64,000 nucleotides of DNA from Oceanispirochaeta sp. (lineage in GTDB: Bacteria > Spirochaetota > Spirochaetia > DSM-2461): NCBI GenBank assembly GCA_963663385.2, contig CAXXXD010000003.1, forward strand, positions 960,001 through 1,024,000, written 5' to 3'. The position numbers were made by a program, and so were the translations under genes. This document shows, piece after piece, positions 50,339 to 60,000 of the stretch (within the stretch, counting starts at the first letter, position 1; each line of letters opens with the position of its first letter). The notes beneath the pieces were generated by a model. It saw nothing but the letters and a program-made list of their open reading frames with translations. It made no database searches and was not told the origin of the DNA.

Positions 50339-51876
50339 TTCTCGATTTCGGCGGACAGACCTGTCAGCTGATCGGACGTAGAATACGTGATTTTGGCGTT
50401 TTTTCTGAAATCGTTCCGGGGGATGTCGCCCTGACGGATGAAATAGTGACTCCGGATGTGAAGGGAATTATCCTTTCAGGATCCCCCTGTTCAGTATATG
50501 AAGAGGGGGCGCCCGCTCCGGATCCAAAGGTATTTGAACTGGGACTGCCGCTTCTGGGGATCTGTTACGGATTTCAGAGGATGACTCAGCATTTCGGCGG
50601 GGAAGTGCTCCCCCTGGAGCATAAAGAGTACGGCCGGACCAAAGTTCATCATCTTGAGGAATCTCCCCTTACCCGCGGGATTCCCGATAACTTCCTTTCA
50701 TGGATGAGCCACGGAGACAGTCTGAACAGGCTGGCTCCCGGATTTACTCTGATCGGCAGAAGTGAAAACGATCATCCCGCTATCGGCTGGGATAAAGACA
50801 GAAACTTTTACGGCATACAGTTCCATCCCGAAGTAACCCACTGCGATTTCGGAAACAAGCTGCTGGAGAACTTCTGCTGCGGTATTTGCGGAGCCGCAAA
50901 GGACTGGACTCTTGACCTGTTTATCGGGCAGGTGAGTGAACGGATCCGCAGTCAGGTAGGGAAGGAGAAGGTTCTTCTTCTCATTTCAGGCGGTGTGGAT
51001 TCTACTGTGGCGGGTGGTCTCCTGCTGAAGATCCTCGATCCCGAACAGGTTTATCTGATGTACATAGATACCGGTATGATGCGAAAGGGCGAGTCGGAAG
51101 AAGTAGCAGTCAATCTGAAGAAACTGGGAGCGACCCACCTTCACCTTATTGATGCGCGGGATAGATTCCTTGATCCTTTGAAGGGGGTTTCCGATCCCGA
51201 GGAAAAAAGAAAAATCATCGGGGACCGATTTATCCATGTGCAGGAAGAGGAAGTTGAGAAGCACATCAGCGGGAATTATTACCTGGCTCAGGGAACCCTC
51301 TACACAGACCTGATTGAATCCGGTAAAGGGGTGGGGAATAAGGCGAATGTGATTAAATCGCATCATAATGTAGGTTCTCCCCTTGTAGAAGCGAAAAGAC
51401 AGGCCGGTCTGATTGTTGAGCCTCTGGATATGCTCTATAAAGACGAAGTGCGAAAGCTGGGTTTGAAGCTGGGTATTTCCGAAGATATCGTTTTCCGCCA
51501 TCCCTTTCCCGGACCCGGTCTGGGAATAAGGATTATCGGTGATGTATCCGCCGAAAAATGCCGGATTCTGAGGGATGCGGATTACATCTATATTTCCGAG
51601 CTGAAAAAACGCAACCTGTATAATGAAATCTGGCAGGCTTTTTCTGTGCTGCTGCCGGTTCGTTCCGTCGGTGTAACCGGTGATGCCCGTGATTATGGAT
51701 TTGTACTGGCCCTGAGAGCTGTCGTTTCCCATGACGGAATGACCGCCGACGTATATGACTTTCCAACTAAGGATCTTCTGGAGATTTCCTCCAAGATTAC
51801 AAACCTTGTTCCGGAAGTCGGACGGGTTGTCTATGATATATCATCCAAACCTCCTGCCACGATCGAGTGGGAGTAG
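50323..51876 (+). CDS. guaA: GMP synthase (glutamine-hydrolysing)
   Basis: GICYG, QFHPE, SGGVDS, IKSHHNV, HPFPGPGL, SKPPATIEWE. Confidence 0.98.
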   Translation: MDKILILDFGGQTCQLIGRRIRDFGVFSEIVPGDVALTDEIVTPDVKGIILSGSPCSVYEEGAPAPDPKVFELGLPLLGICYGFQRMTQHFGGEVLPLEHKEYGRTKVHHLEESPLTRGIPDNFLSWMSHGDSLNRLAPGFTLIGRSENDHPAIGWDKDRNFYGIQFHPEVTHCDFGNKLLENFCCGICGAAKDWTLDLFIGQVSERIRSQVGKEKVLLLISGGVDSTVAGGLLLKILDPEQVYLMYIDTGMMRKGESEEVAVNLKKLGATHLHLIDARDRFLDPLKGVSDPEEKRKIIGDRFIHVQEEEVEKHISGNYYLAQGTLYTDLIESGKGVGNKANVIKSHHNVGSPLVEAKRQAGLIVEPLDMLYKDEVRKLGLKLGISEDIVFRHPFPGPGLGIRIIGDVSAEKCRILRDADYIYISELKKRNLYNEIWQAFSVLLPVRSVGVTGDARDYGFVLALRAVVSHDGMTADVYDFPTKDLLEISSKITNLVPEVGRVVYDISSKPPATIEWE

Positions 51877-52535
51877 ATTTGTTCAAATGCCACTTTGATA
51901 AAAATGTCCGGTTCGTGTCGGGCATTTTTTATTTGCTCCTTTTTTGGGGCGTCAACCTGTTTTCCCAGTCTTCCGTCCTCTATAAAAGTGAAGTCAGGAC
52001 CAGGTTAACCCGTGATGAGGGGTATGTAACCAATGGGGCGGTTCTTCTGGATGTCAATCCGGAAATCATAACAGAAACCATGTCCAAGCTATCCATTGTT
52101 GAACAATGGCTCCTTGAGGGGATGGGAGAAGAGTCTGCCCGGAGAAATAAACTTAAAGTGGCCTTGATTTCCCTGAATCGTAACCCTGAAAACGATAATT
52201 CCTGTACTGTAAATTTCTCTCTGCTTGTTACAAAACACTGGCTGATAAGGAACCAGAATATGGATGTGACCATTGAGGTTCTTCCGGAAAAAAAATCAGG
52301 CTGGATTAACAGAATAATCTATGATCTTCCCTTAAAAAGTCTTTTCATCAAGGAAGGCGGCTATACAGTTTATATTATCAGCATGGGTAGGGGGCGCTCT
52401 CTATTAGTGTATAATTTCACAGTTCATCTTGCGGGAATCCCGGAACAGCTTTTCAGTAAAAAGCTTTACAAACAGAATATTGAGTGGTATATAAACCAGA
52501 TTCAGAATAACTGTATTAATTTCCTCCAGGAATAG
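51867..52535 (+). CDS. Hypothetical exported protein (start uncertain, probably further downstream)
   Basis: 222-aa ORF with hydrophobic N-terminal segment; 5' part overlaps the guaA terminator. Confidence 0.55.
   Translation: MGVDLFKCHFDKNVRFVSGIFYLLLFWGVNLFSQSSVLYKSEVRTRLTRDEGYVTNGAVLLDVNPEIITETMSKLSIVEQWLLEGMGEESARRNKLKVALISLNRNPENDNSCTVNFSLLVTKHWLIRNQNMDVTIEVLPEKKSGWINRIIYDLPLKSLFIKEGGYTVYIISMGRGRSLLVYNFTVHLAGIPEQLFSKKLYKQNIEWYINQIQNNCINFLQE
51900..51934 (+). terminator. Probable terminator of purine operon
   Basis: AAAAATGTCCGG...TCGGGCATTTTT (G-U pairs) followed by TATTT. Confidence 0.6.
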
Positions 52536-52690
52536 ACTTTATCTCCCTCCTTTACTCTGATATCAAAAAAGAAAGAACATTCATTAAAATACTTGTTTTT
52601 CAAATTTACCTATCAGATAATTAAATAAGAAATATATGACGTATGATTATTATTGATAAATCGATTTTGCCTGTTTAATAATGGTATCGC

Positions 52691-54877
52691 ATGTATCCGT
52701 CGGGGAGGATTGGTATCAAACGTTTCGGTTTGAAGAAAAACTTCATTCAGACAAATTTTTTAATAACCCTCGGAATATTGTTGATGGTAGTGCTGTCATT
52801 TGGCTATTTATGGATAAAGGATAATTTAAAAAACTACGATAGAGAAATCCGGTATATCGAGCAGCTGTATATTGATGCCAAAAAAGCCCAGATTAAGGAT
52901 AACACAGAAAATACCATGAACTATATCAAGTCAGTGGAGGAATCCCTTGGACCGGATATCCAGTATGAACTGAAATCTCAGGTGGATAAGGCTTTTCAGT
53001 TTGTCCGAGCTGCCTATGAAAACATGGCCGATACGGTAACGGGAGAAGAAATCAGCTCCATTGTTGCCGAAACATTGAGACTGCAGCGTTTTGATAATAA
53101 TCCGGGATATTTCTTTATATACCGGATGGATGGGTTCTGCCTTCTGAATACAGCTGATTCCCGGCTTGAAAATACATATGACTCATTTCATTACAGAGAT
53201 ATAAATGGCGCGTATCCCTTAAAATCCATGATTGAACTCCTTGAAACTGACAATGAAGGTTACTTTGATTACTATTATATAAAACCGGGCGGAAGCAGTC
53301 AGGAGGCCAAAAAATCCTATATCAGGAAATTTGAAGCTCTGGACTGGTTCCTGGGTTGCGGGATGTATATTGATTCTATTCAGCTGGCAAAACAAAACGA
53401 AGTTCTGCGGACAGTAAGAGAGGACCATCTTATCAATCAGGAACCCTACAGGATTTTCGATACACAGTATAACTGCCTTCTTGATCCCTATCATCCGGCC
53501 AACGAAGGCAGGAACATAAAGGAGATAGACGACAGGGCGGTTTTTGAAATCCTGCAGGGAACAGTAGCTTCCCTGGGAACAGATGGAGCAATCCGAAGCC
53601 GGTTCTGGGATGACCGGGGGACTCCGGACAGAGAAAACCGGAATATAACCTATACATCCGTATTCCCCGAATGGAACTGGATTATTATCGCCGAAGATTC
53701 CCTTTATGATATTGAATATTATGTGGCATTGAAAAAACGTGAGCTGAAAGGCTCTATCCTTAACAAGATACGTCGTGTCTTTGTATTAATGATTCTCTCC
53801 ATGGGAACAGCCGCCTTCCTGTTTCACAAAATGTCCCGGCATTTTAAAAGAAGCATTGAACTCTTTATGCAGTTTTTAAAAAAAGCCAGCAGGGAAAATG
53901 TTCTGATCGATACAGGACAGATCCATTATGATGAGTTCAAACTGCTCTCCCGGATGGCAAACAGAATGGTAAAAAATCTGAAATCCACCCAGGAAGAGTT
54001 AAATCAAAGCCGTACTTTTTATCAGCATATACTGGATACATCCCCCATTATCTTTTATGTCAAAGATGAAAAGGGAGCCTTTATTCAGGTTAACGACGCC
54101 TTTGTAAAGATCAGCAGTACAGGCAGGGACGGGATTATCGGTCAGAGCAACGCCGGTATATTCCAAAAGGCGGATGCCGCTGAATGGAATGCAATCGATA
54201 ACAGGGTGCATCAGACAGGGGTGGAAGAATCTCATGAATTAAGTCTGATGGTTAAGGGGGAGCCCCACACCTTTCTGAAATATTACTCTCCGGTCTATCG
54301 AAACGATAAAAAAACGGTGGATTATGCAGGCTGGGCAATAGATATTACAGACCGCAAGGAAATCGAATCCAGACTGGAGGAGAGCGAACTGAGGCTGAAG
54401 AAAATCATAAGCTGCATTGATACGGGAATTATAATCATTGATCCGGAAACCCGCAGGATAACTGATGCAAATCCGGCAGCGGTAAGGATGTTCGGGGCTT
54501 CCAGGAAAAACCTGATAGGACAGATGTGTCATAACCATATCTGCCCGCGCGAGTATGAGAACTGCCCTATTCTGGACAGGCATCAGAAAATCAACAAAAC
54601 GGAAGCCGGCTTTATTACCAGTACGGGAGAAGCCCTTCCCATTATGAAAACAATTGTACCGATTACGATTAAGGGGAAAAATCTGCTGCTGGAGAGTTTC
54701 TATGATTTGAGCAGGCAGAAGGAGGCTGAGCAGAAGCTGAAACTCAATATCAGGGAACTGGAAGAGTTCAACCGTTTTACTATTAACAGAGAGGAGCGGA
54801 TGATTGAACTGAAACAGGAAATAAACCAATTATATGCCCGGATGAATAAGGGTATAAAGTATAAGATTGTCATGTGA
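52691..54877 (+). CDS. Membrane Cache-domain / PAS-PAS sensor without catalytic output domain
   Basis: Two TM helices around Cache motifs (GYFFIY, KKSYIRKFEALDWFLGCG, WNWII), two PAS domains, coiled-coil tail. Confidence 0.85.
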   Translation: MYPSGRIGIKRFGLKKNFIQTNFLITLGILLMVVLSFGYLWIKDNLKNYDREIRYIEQLYIDAKKAQIKDNTENTMNYIKSVEESLGPDIQYELKSQVDKAFQFVRAAYENMADTVTGEEISSIVAETLRLQRFDNNPGYFFIYRMDGFCLLNTADSRLENTYDSFHYRDINGAYPLKSMIELLETDNEGYFDYYYIKPGGSSQEAKKSYIRKFEALDWFLGCGMYIDSIQLAKQNEVLRTVREDHLINQEPYRIFDTQYNCLLDPYHPANEGRNIKEIDDRAVFEILQGTVASLGTDGAIRSRFWDDRGTPDRENRNITYTSVFPEWNWIIIAEDSLYDIEYYVALKKRELKGSILNKIRRVFVLMILSMGTAAFLFHKMSRHFKRSIELFMQFLKKASRENVLIDTGQIHYDEFKLLSRMANRMVKNLKSTQEELNQSRTFYQHILDTSPIIFYVKDEKGAFIQVNDAFVKISSTGRDGIIGQSNAGIFQKADAAEWNAIDNRVHQTGVEESHELSLMVKGEPHTFLKYYSPVYRNDKKTVDYAGWAIDITDRKEIESRLEESELRLKKIISCIDTGIIIIDPETRRITDANPAAVRMFGASRKNLIGQMCHNHICPREYENCPILDRHQKINKTEAGFITSTGEALPIMKTIVPITIKGKNLLLESFYDLSRQKEAEQKLKLNIRELEEFNRFTINREERMIELKQEINQLYARMNKGIKYKIVM

Positions 54878-54891
54878 TAAGGAGCCTTGTT

Positions 54892-55695
54892 ATGAAGAAA
54901 AGTGTACGGGAAGATTCTCTGGGAGATGAACTGTCAAATAAAGTACTGGATCAGCTTCCTACGCCGGTAATGGCTATAGATAAAGATTATAATTTAATTT
55001 TTATGAATCAGGCCGGATTTAACTTTCTGGGAAGAAGCTGGGACGAAATAGCCGGGAAAAAATGTTATGATGTTTTCTGTTCAGAGCACTGTGGAACGGA
55101 TGATTGTCGCATGCGCGCTGTTATGAAGGGAGAAGATCCTGAAACAGTCAGAAATAACATTAAAATCAAAGATACGGTAGTGCCAATCGAGTATACGGCG
55201 GACTCTCTGAAAGACAGTGAGGGGAATGCTATCGGCGGGCTGGAGTATATTATCGATATTACTGAAACTGTAAAAAAAGAGCAGAAACTTAAACAGCAGA
55301 GCAGAACCATTATGGAAATCTCCACACCGGTTATCAAGCTTTGGGATAGAATCCTTATTCTTCCGATTGTGGGTGTGGTGGATTCTTTCCGGGCTATGCA
55401 GATGATGGATACCATGCTGAACAAACTGAAGGAAACTTCATCAAAAATCATTATTCTGGATATTCAGGGTGTGGCGGCAGTCGATACGGCAGTGGCGAAC
55501 CACCTGATAAAGATTGCAAAAGCAACCAGGCTTATGGGTTGTCAGTGTATTATTTCCGGAATATCTCCTGCAGTCGCGCAGACCCTTGTACAGCTGGGAA
55601 TTGAAATGGTGAATATTCTGACCACATCGGATTTGCAGGAAGCTCTTGCTGACGCTTTTGAAATAATGAATTTTGAAGTAAAGAAGAGGGAATGA
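54892..55695 (+). CDS. rsbR: RsbR-like PAS-STAS stressosome protein
   Basis: PAS domain then EISTPVIKLW..LPIVGVVDS..LDIQGVAAVDT..SGISPAVAQTLVQLG; RBS GGAG. Confidence 0.88.
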   Translation: MKKSVREDSLGDELSNKVLDQLPTPVMAIDKDYNLIFMNQAGFNFLGRSWDEIAGKKCYDVFCSEHCGTDDCRMRAVMKGEDPETVRNNIKIKDTVVPIEYTADSLKDSEGNAIGGLEYIIDITETVKKEQKLKQQSRTIMEISTPVIKLWDRILILPIVGVVDSFRAMQMMDTMLNKLKETSSKIIILDIQGVAAVDTAVANHLIKIAKATRLMGCQCIISGISPAVAQTLVQLGIEMVNILTTSDLQEALADAFEIMNFEVKKRE

Positions 55696-55699
55696 AAAA

Positions 55700-56095
55700 T
55701 TGAGTCTGGATAATTTCAATAATAGTGAAGATTTACTCAATATAGGACTATATGAAATGGGTTTTTCCTTGATTGTTCCTGTTCCGGACATGATTGATCC
55801 AAGGTCTGCCGGGAAAATGCTGCAGAAAGTTATGCAGGAGATAGACAGGAGAAGATACAGGAAAGTTGTTATCGATATTTCTGCCGTTTCTGTTCTGGAC
55901 AGGATGTCATTTAAAATACTGCAGGATATTGCTAAAGGAGCGGAGCTTATGGGAGCCAGGACAGTATTCATCGGAGTTCAGCCGGGGGTTGCCTCTGCTA
56001 TGGTGGAACTTGTAGCGGATGTGGATACAATTGTCAGCGCTCCGACATTGAATGAAGGTCTCGCCATACTGGAAGGAAATCATGGTAATGGGTAG
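55700..56095 (+). CDS. rsbS: RsbS-like STAS protein (atypical)
   Basis: VVIDISAVSVLD, LMGARTVFIGVQPGVA; located between rsbR and rsbT. Confidence 0.8.
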   Translation: MSLDNFNNSEDLLNIGLYEMGFSLIVPVPDMIDPRSAGKMLQKVMQEIDRRRYRKVVIDISAVSVLDRMSFKILQDIAKGAELMGARTVFIGVQPGVASAMVELVADVDTIVSAPTLNEGLAILEGNHGNG

Positions 56096-56513
56096 GGATA
56101 AAAACTGCCTGACCGAGATTTGTGAAACCATTGAAGATTCGGCAGATGTGGCAAATGTTGTTATCCTTGCCAGAGAATTTGCCGCGGATCTGGGATTCTC
56201 TCAAACAGATCAGCATCTGGTTGCTACGGCTGTTTCGGAATTGACTACCAATATTGTGCATTATGCAGGCAGGGGGAAACTGACGATACAGGAGATCTCA
56301 TCGCCGAAAAATGTCGGCCTTCAGATTATCTGTGAGGATAGGGGGCCGGGAATCGCTGATATAGAAATGGCGTTAACCGACGAATATTCCACAGGAGAGA
56401 GTCTTGGTATGGGTTTACCCAGTGTTAAGAGACTCATGGATTATTTTGAAATAGAAACTGAACCTCAGGCAGGAACGCGCGTTATGATCCGGAAGTGGAG
56501 AGATTCCAATTGA
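56088..56513 (+). CDS. rsbT: RsbT-like Ser/Thr kinase (start 56082 or 56088)
   Basis: TAVSELTTNIVHYAG, DRGPGI, YSTGESLGMGLPSVKRLMD. Confidence 0.92.
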   Translation: MGRDKNCLTEICETIEDSADVANVVILAREFAADLGFSQTDQHLVATAVSELTTNIVHYAGRGKLTIQEISSPKNVGLQIICEDRGPGIADIEMALTDEYSTGESLGMGLPSVKRLMDYFEIETEPQAGTRVMIRKWRDSN

Positions 56514-57097
56514 ACAAGGTGGATTATGCCTCCGGGAAAGAATCCATTTACGGCCCTGATGAAGTGGAATGCGGTGATGCGGTTCTCATCCTTCCGGATG
56601 AGGAATCTGTGTTTTTAGCCCTGATCGACGCTTTGGGGCACGGAGCAAAGGCTTATGAAGCAGCATGCCTGGCCGTCAGTTTTTTAGAACAGCACTATAA
56701 AGAGCCGCTCCCTGAACTGATGAAACAGCTTCATATCCATCTGCAGGGGTCCAGAGGTGTTGTCGCCGGTCTGTGCAGGATTCATGTTGCCGAGGGATAC
56801 CTTGATTATGTAGGAGTGGGGAATATCAGCACAAGAATTTATGGTGAGGAGAAACAGTTTCTTCTTTCAAAGGATGGTGTCGTTGGTTTTTCCATGACCG
56901 AGCCGCATGAAATTCAGGTTGTTCTCAGGGAAAATGATCTGCTTATTCTTACGTCGGACGGGATTAAGGATCTTTTTCCCCTGGAAGAATATCCGGATAT
57001 TCTGCGGGGAAAATCGGAGAATGTTGTTCAATTCATAATGAAGCAATTCCGCAAGTTTGATGATGCTTCCTGTATTGTTTTGAGGTATAAAAAATGA
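56495..57097 (+). CDS. rsbX: RsbX-like PP2C/SpoIIE phosphatase
   Basis: CGD, IDALGHG, GVGNI, SDGI, DDAS. Confidence 0.85.
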   Translation: MERFQLNKVDYASGKESIYGPDEVECGDAVLILPDEESVFLALIDALGHGAKAYEAACLAVSFLEQHYKEPLPELMKQLHIHLQGSRGVVAGLCRIHVAEGYLDYVGVGNISTRIYGEEKQFLLSKDGVVGFSMTEPHEIQVVLRENDLLILTSDGIKDLFPLEEYPDILRGKSENVVQFIMKQFRKFDDASCIVLRYKK

Positions 57098-60000
57098 AAA
57101 CGGAACTGGTAACCTTTGCTCCTGCCAACATGATTCCCATGAGTCTCCTGCGGCGGAAGATACTTCACCTTTGCCAGGATCTGGGATTTTCGCAAATTCA
57201 GGCGGTTCGAATCACTACTGTATTCTCGGAACTGGCTGAACAGGATTCACAGTACTATCTTTCCCGTAGAATCACCCTTTCTCTCAAAAGGAAATCCATC
57301 CAGAATGACCTGTCACCTGCCCTTGTATTCTCTATAAAAAAATCAAGCCTGGATTTTCCGGATTCTATAGCTTCTCATTTTTTTAATGAATTCACTGTAA
57401 AGGAAACAGGGCCGGGGCTCTTTATGATAGAAGCTGTGAAGTACTTTCCTTCGGAGGTTTCCTATCCGGACGAAAAGAGTATCAGCAGGTGGCGAAAAGC
57501 TCTTTCTGAACCGACAAAAGATGCCCTGTTCAAAGAGCTGGAGTTGAATAACCGTAAACTGGAAAAACAGGCAGATGAACTGATTTATGCAAAAAACAAT
57601 GCCGAGAAAACAGCGGATGAACTGAAAATCCGTATTGATGATCTGGCCAAGGCCCGTACAGCCATGCTGAATGTTATGGAAGATCTCGATTTAAGCAAAG
57701 CCAGTATGCAGGCTCTTATCGATTCCCTGCCGGATGTTACCATTATTTATGATGAAAACGGTTACTATCGTAATATATACCTTAGCAGAGATGAAAACTC
57801 ACAAAATAACCAGTTAAACGGTATAACCGATATCAACGAGTTAATAGGAAAAAGTATCCGAGATGTGATGACCGGGGAAACGGCCGATCTGATTCAGGCT
57901 TCCATCACCAGGGCTATAGAGGAGAAGAAAACCGTTCAAATGGAGTATTCCCTGGATACAGATTCAGGGATTATCTGGTATGACGGGAGATTCTCCTCCA
58001 TGAATACCCTGGATGCCGGTCTGGGACTGGTCGTCTGTGTTGTCAGGGACATTACAACTCTTAAAAAACTGACCAGTGATCTGGAGAATGCCAAAGAAGA
58101 AGCCATTGCCGCCACCAAAGCGAAAGGGGATTTCCTTGCGAATATGAGCCATGAAATCCGAACCCCCATGAATGCCATAATCGGCTTGAACAGTCTGCTG
58201 ATTAAAACGGATATGACCCCAAAACAACAGGACTATACAGAGAAAATCGGAAAATCCGCCAGGAGCCTTTTGGGGATTATCAACGATATCCTGGATTTTT
58301 CCAAAATCGAAGCAGGGAAGATGGATATAGAAAAAACAAATTTCCTGTTAAGCGATGTTCTGGAAAATCTTCTGAATATTATTGGCGACAGGGTCCGGGA
58401 TAACGGATCGGAGCTTATATTTAAACAGGATCTGACCATACCGAACAATTTGATCGGAGACCCTCTCCGTCTGGGACAGATTCTGCTGAATCTGACCAAC
58501 AATGCTGTGAAATTCACCGAAAAGGGCGAGATTGTTGTTTCTACAAAACTGGAAAAAAAAGTAGATAATTCGGTCTATATCAAATTCAGTGTAAGCGACA
58601 CTGGTATAGGGTTAACCGAAGAACAGCAGAATAAACTGTTTAAATCGTTTTCACAGGCAGACACTTCAACCACCAGAAAATACGGAGGTACAGGACTAGG
58701 TCTGGCTATCAGTAAAAAGCTTTCCGAGTTGATGGAAGGCAGTATCGGGGTGAAAAGTAAATCCGGGAAGGGGAGTACTTTTTATTTCACAGTCAGGATG
58801 GGGGTTGGTGAAGAAAAGACCCGGAGGACTGTTCCCCGGGATCTGAACGGTCTGCATGTTCTCGTGGTGGACGATAACGAAACAGCCCGGGAAGTGATTA
58901 CTTCCTATCTGGAGGACTTCTGCCTCTCCGTGACAGAAGTATCCGGAGGGAAACTTGCCCTAAGGGAGCTGAATCAGGCCAAAGCGGCAGAAAACAGGGA
59001 TTACGACCTGGTCCTGATGGACTATCAGATGCCCGATCTTAATGGTATTGAAACTTCCAGGCAGATCCGGGAGGGGCTTGAGAATATCAGGCAGCCAAAA
59101 ATTATAATGATTACAGGATTCGGCCGGGAAGAGGTAATGAAACAGGCCGCCGGAATGGGCCTGGACGGGTTTCTGATAAAACCTGTCAGCCCTTCCATTC
59201 TGTTCGATACGATTATGGAAGTTTTTGGAAAGGGTCATGGTATGTCCGTAAGGAAAAAGAGGGCCGAAGACTCCAGGCCGGAAAACTTCCGTCTGATTCA
59301 GGGGGCCCGGATCCTTCTGGCAGAGGATAATCCTATCAATCAGCAGGTGGCTCTGGAAACAATGGAACAGGAGGGGTTCCGTATCGATATTGTTAATAAC
59401 GGTAAAGAGGCTGTAGACAGAATCAGCCTGGATTATGATTGTGTCCTTATGGATCTACAGATGCCGGTTATGGATGGTTATCAGGCTACGTCGGAGATAC
59501 GAAAGAATCCCGAATACGCGGATATGCCCATTATCGCCATGACCGCGGATGCCATGGTGGGTGTTAAGGAACGTGTTATCAGTGAAGGGCTGAACGATTA
59601 TATTACCAAGCCCTTTGATCCTGCCATGTTGTGGGAAACTCTGATGAACTGGATCAAACCGGGGAACCGCCCTCTGCCCGAGAATTATAGGACTGCCTCT
59701 GAAAAAGGCAATCATGATGGACCGGATATTCCTCCCATAAAAGGAGTTGATCTGGCTGACGGCCTCAAGCGGGTAGGAGGCAATAAAAGGCTGTACAGGG
59801 ATCTGCTTGTTCAGTTTGCCAGGGATAACGGTTCGGTTACGAATGAGATACAGGATTGTTTGTCCAGAAATGATATCAGGAGTGCGGAGAGACTGGCTCA
59901 TACCATTAAAAGTGTAGCGGGAAATATCGGCGCTCATTCTCTGCAGAATAAGGCTGAAAGTCTGGAATGCGAACTGAAAAAATGGACGAGTCATCTTGAA

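Noticed and set aside
52427..52439. 13-bp match TCTTGCGGGAATC to the tRNA-Gly 3' region as an att site
   Set aside because: Lies inside a CDS, on the 5' side of the tRNAs, is short enough to arise by chance, and no integrase is present
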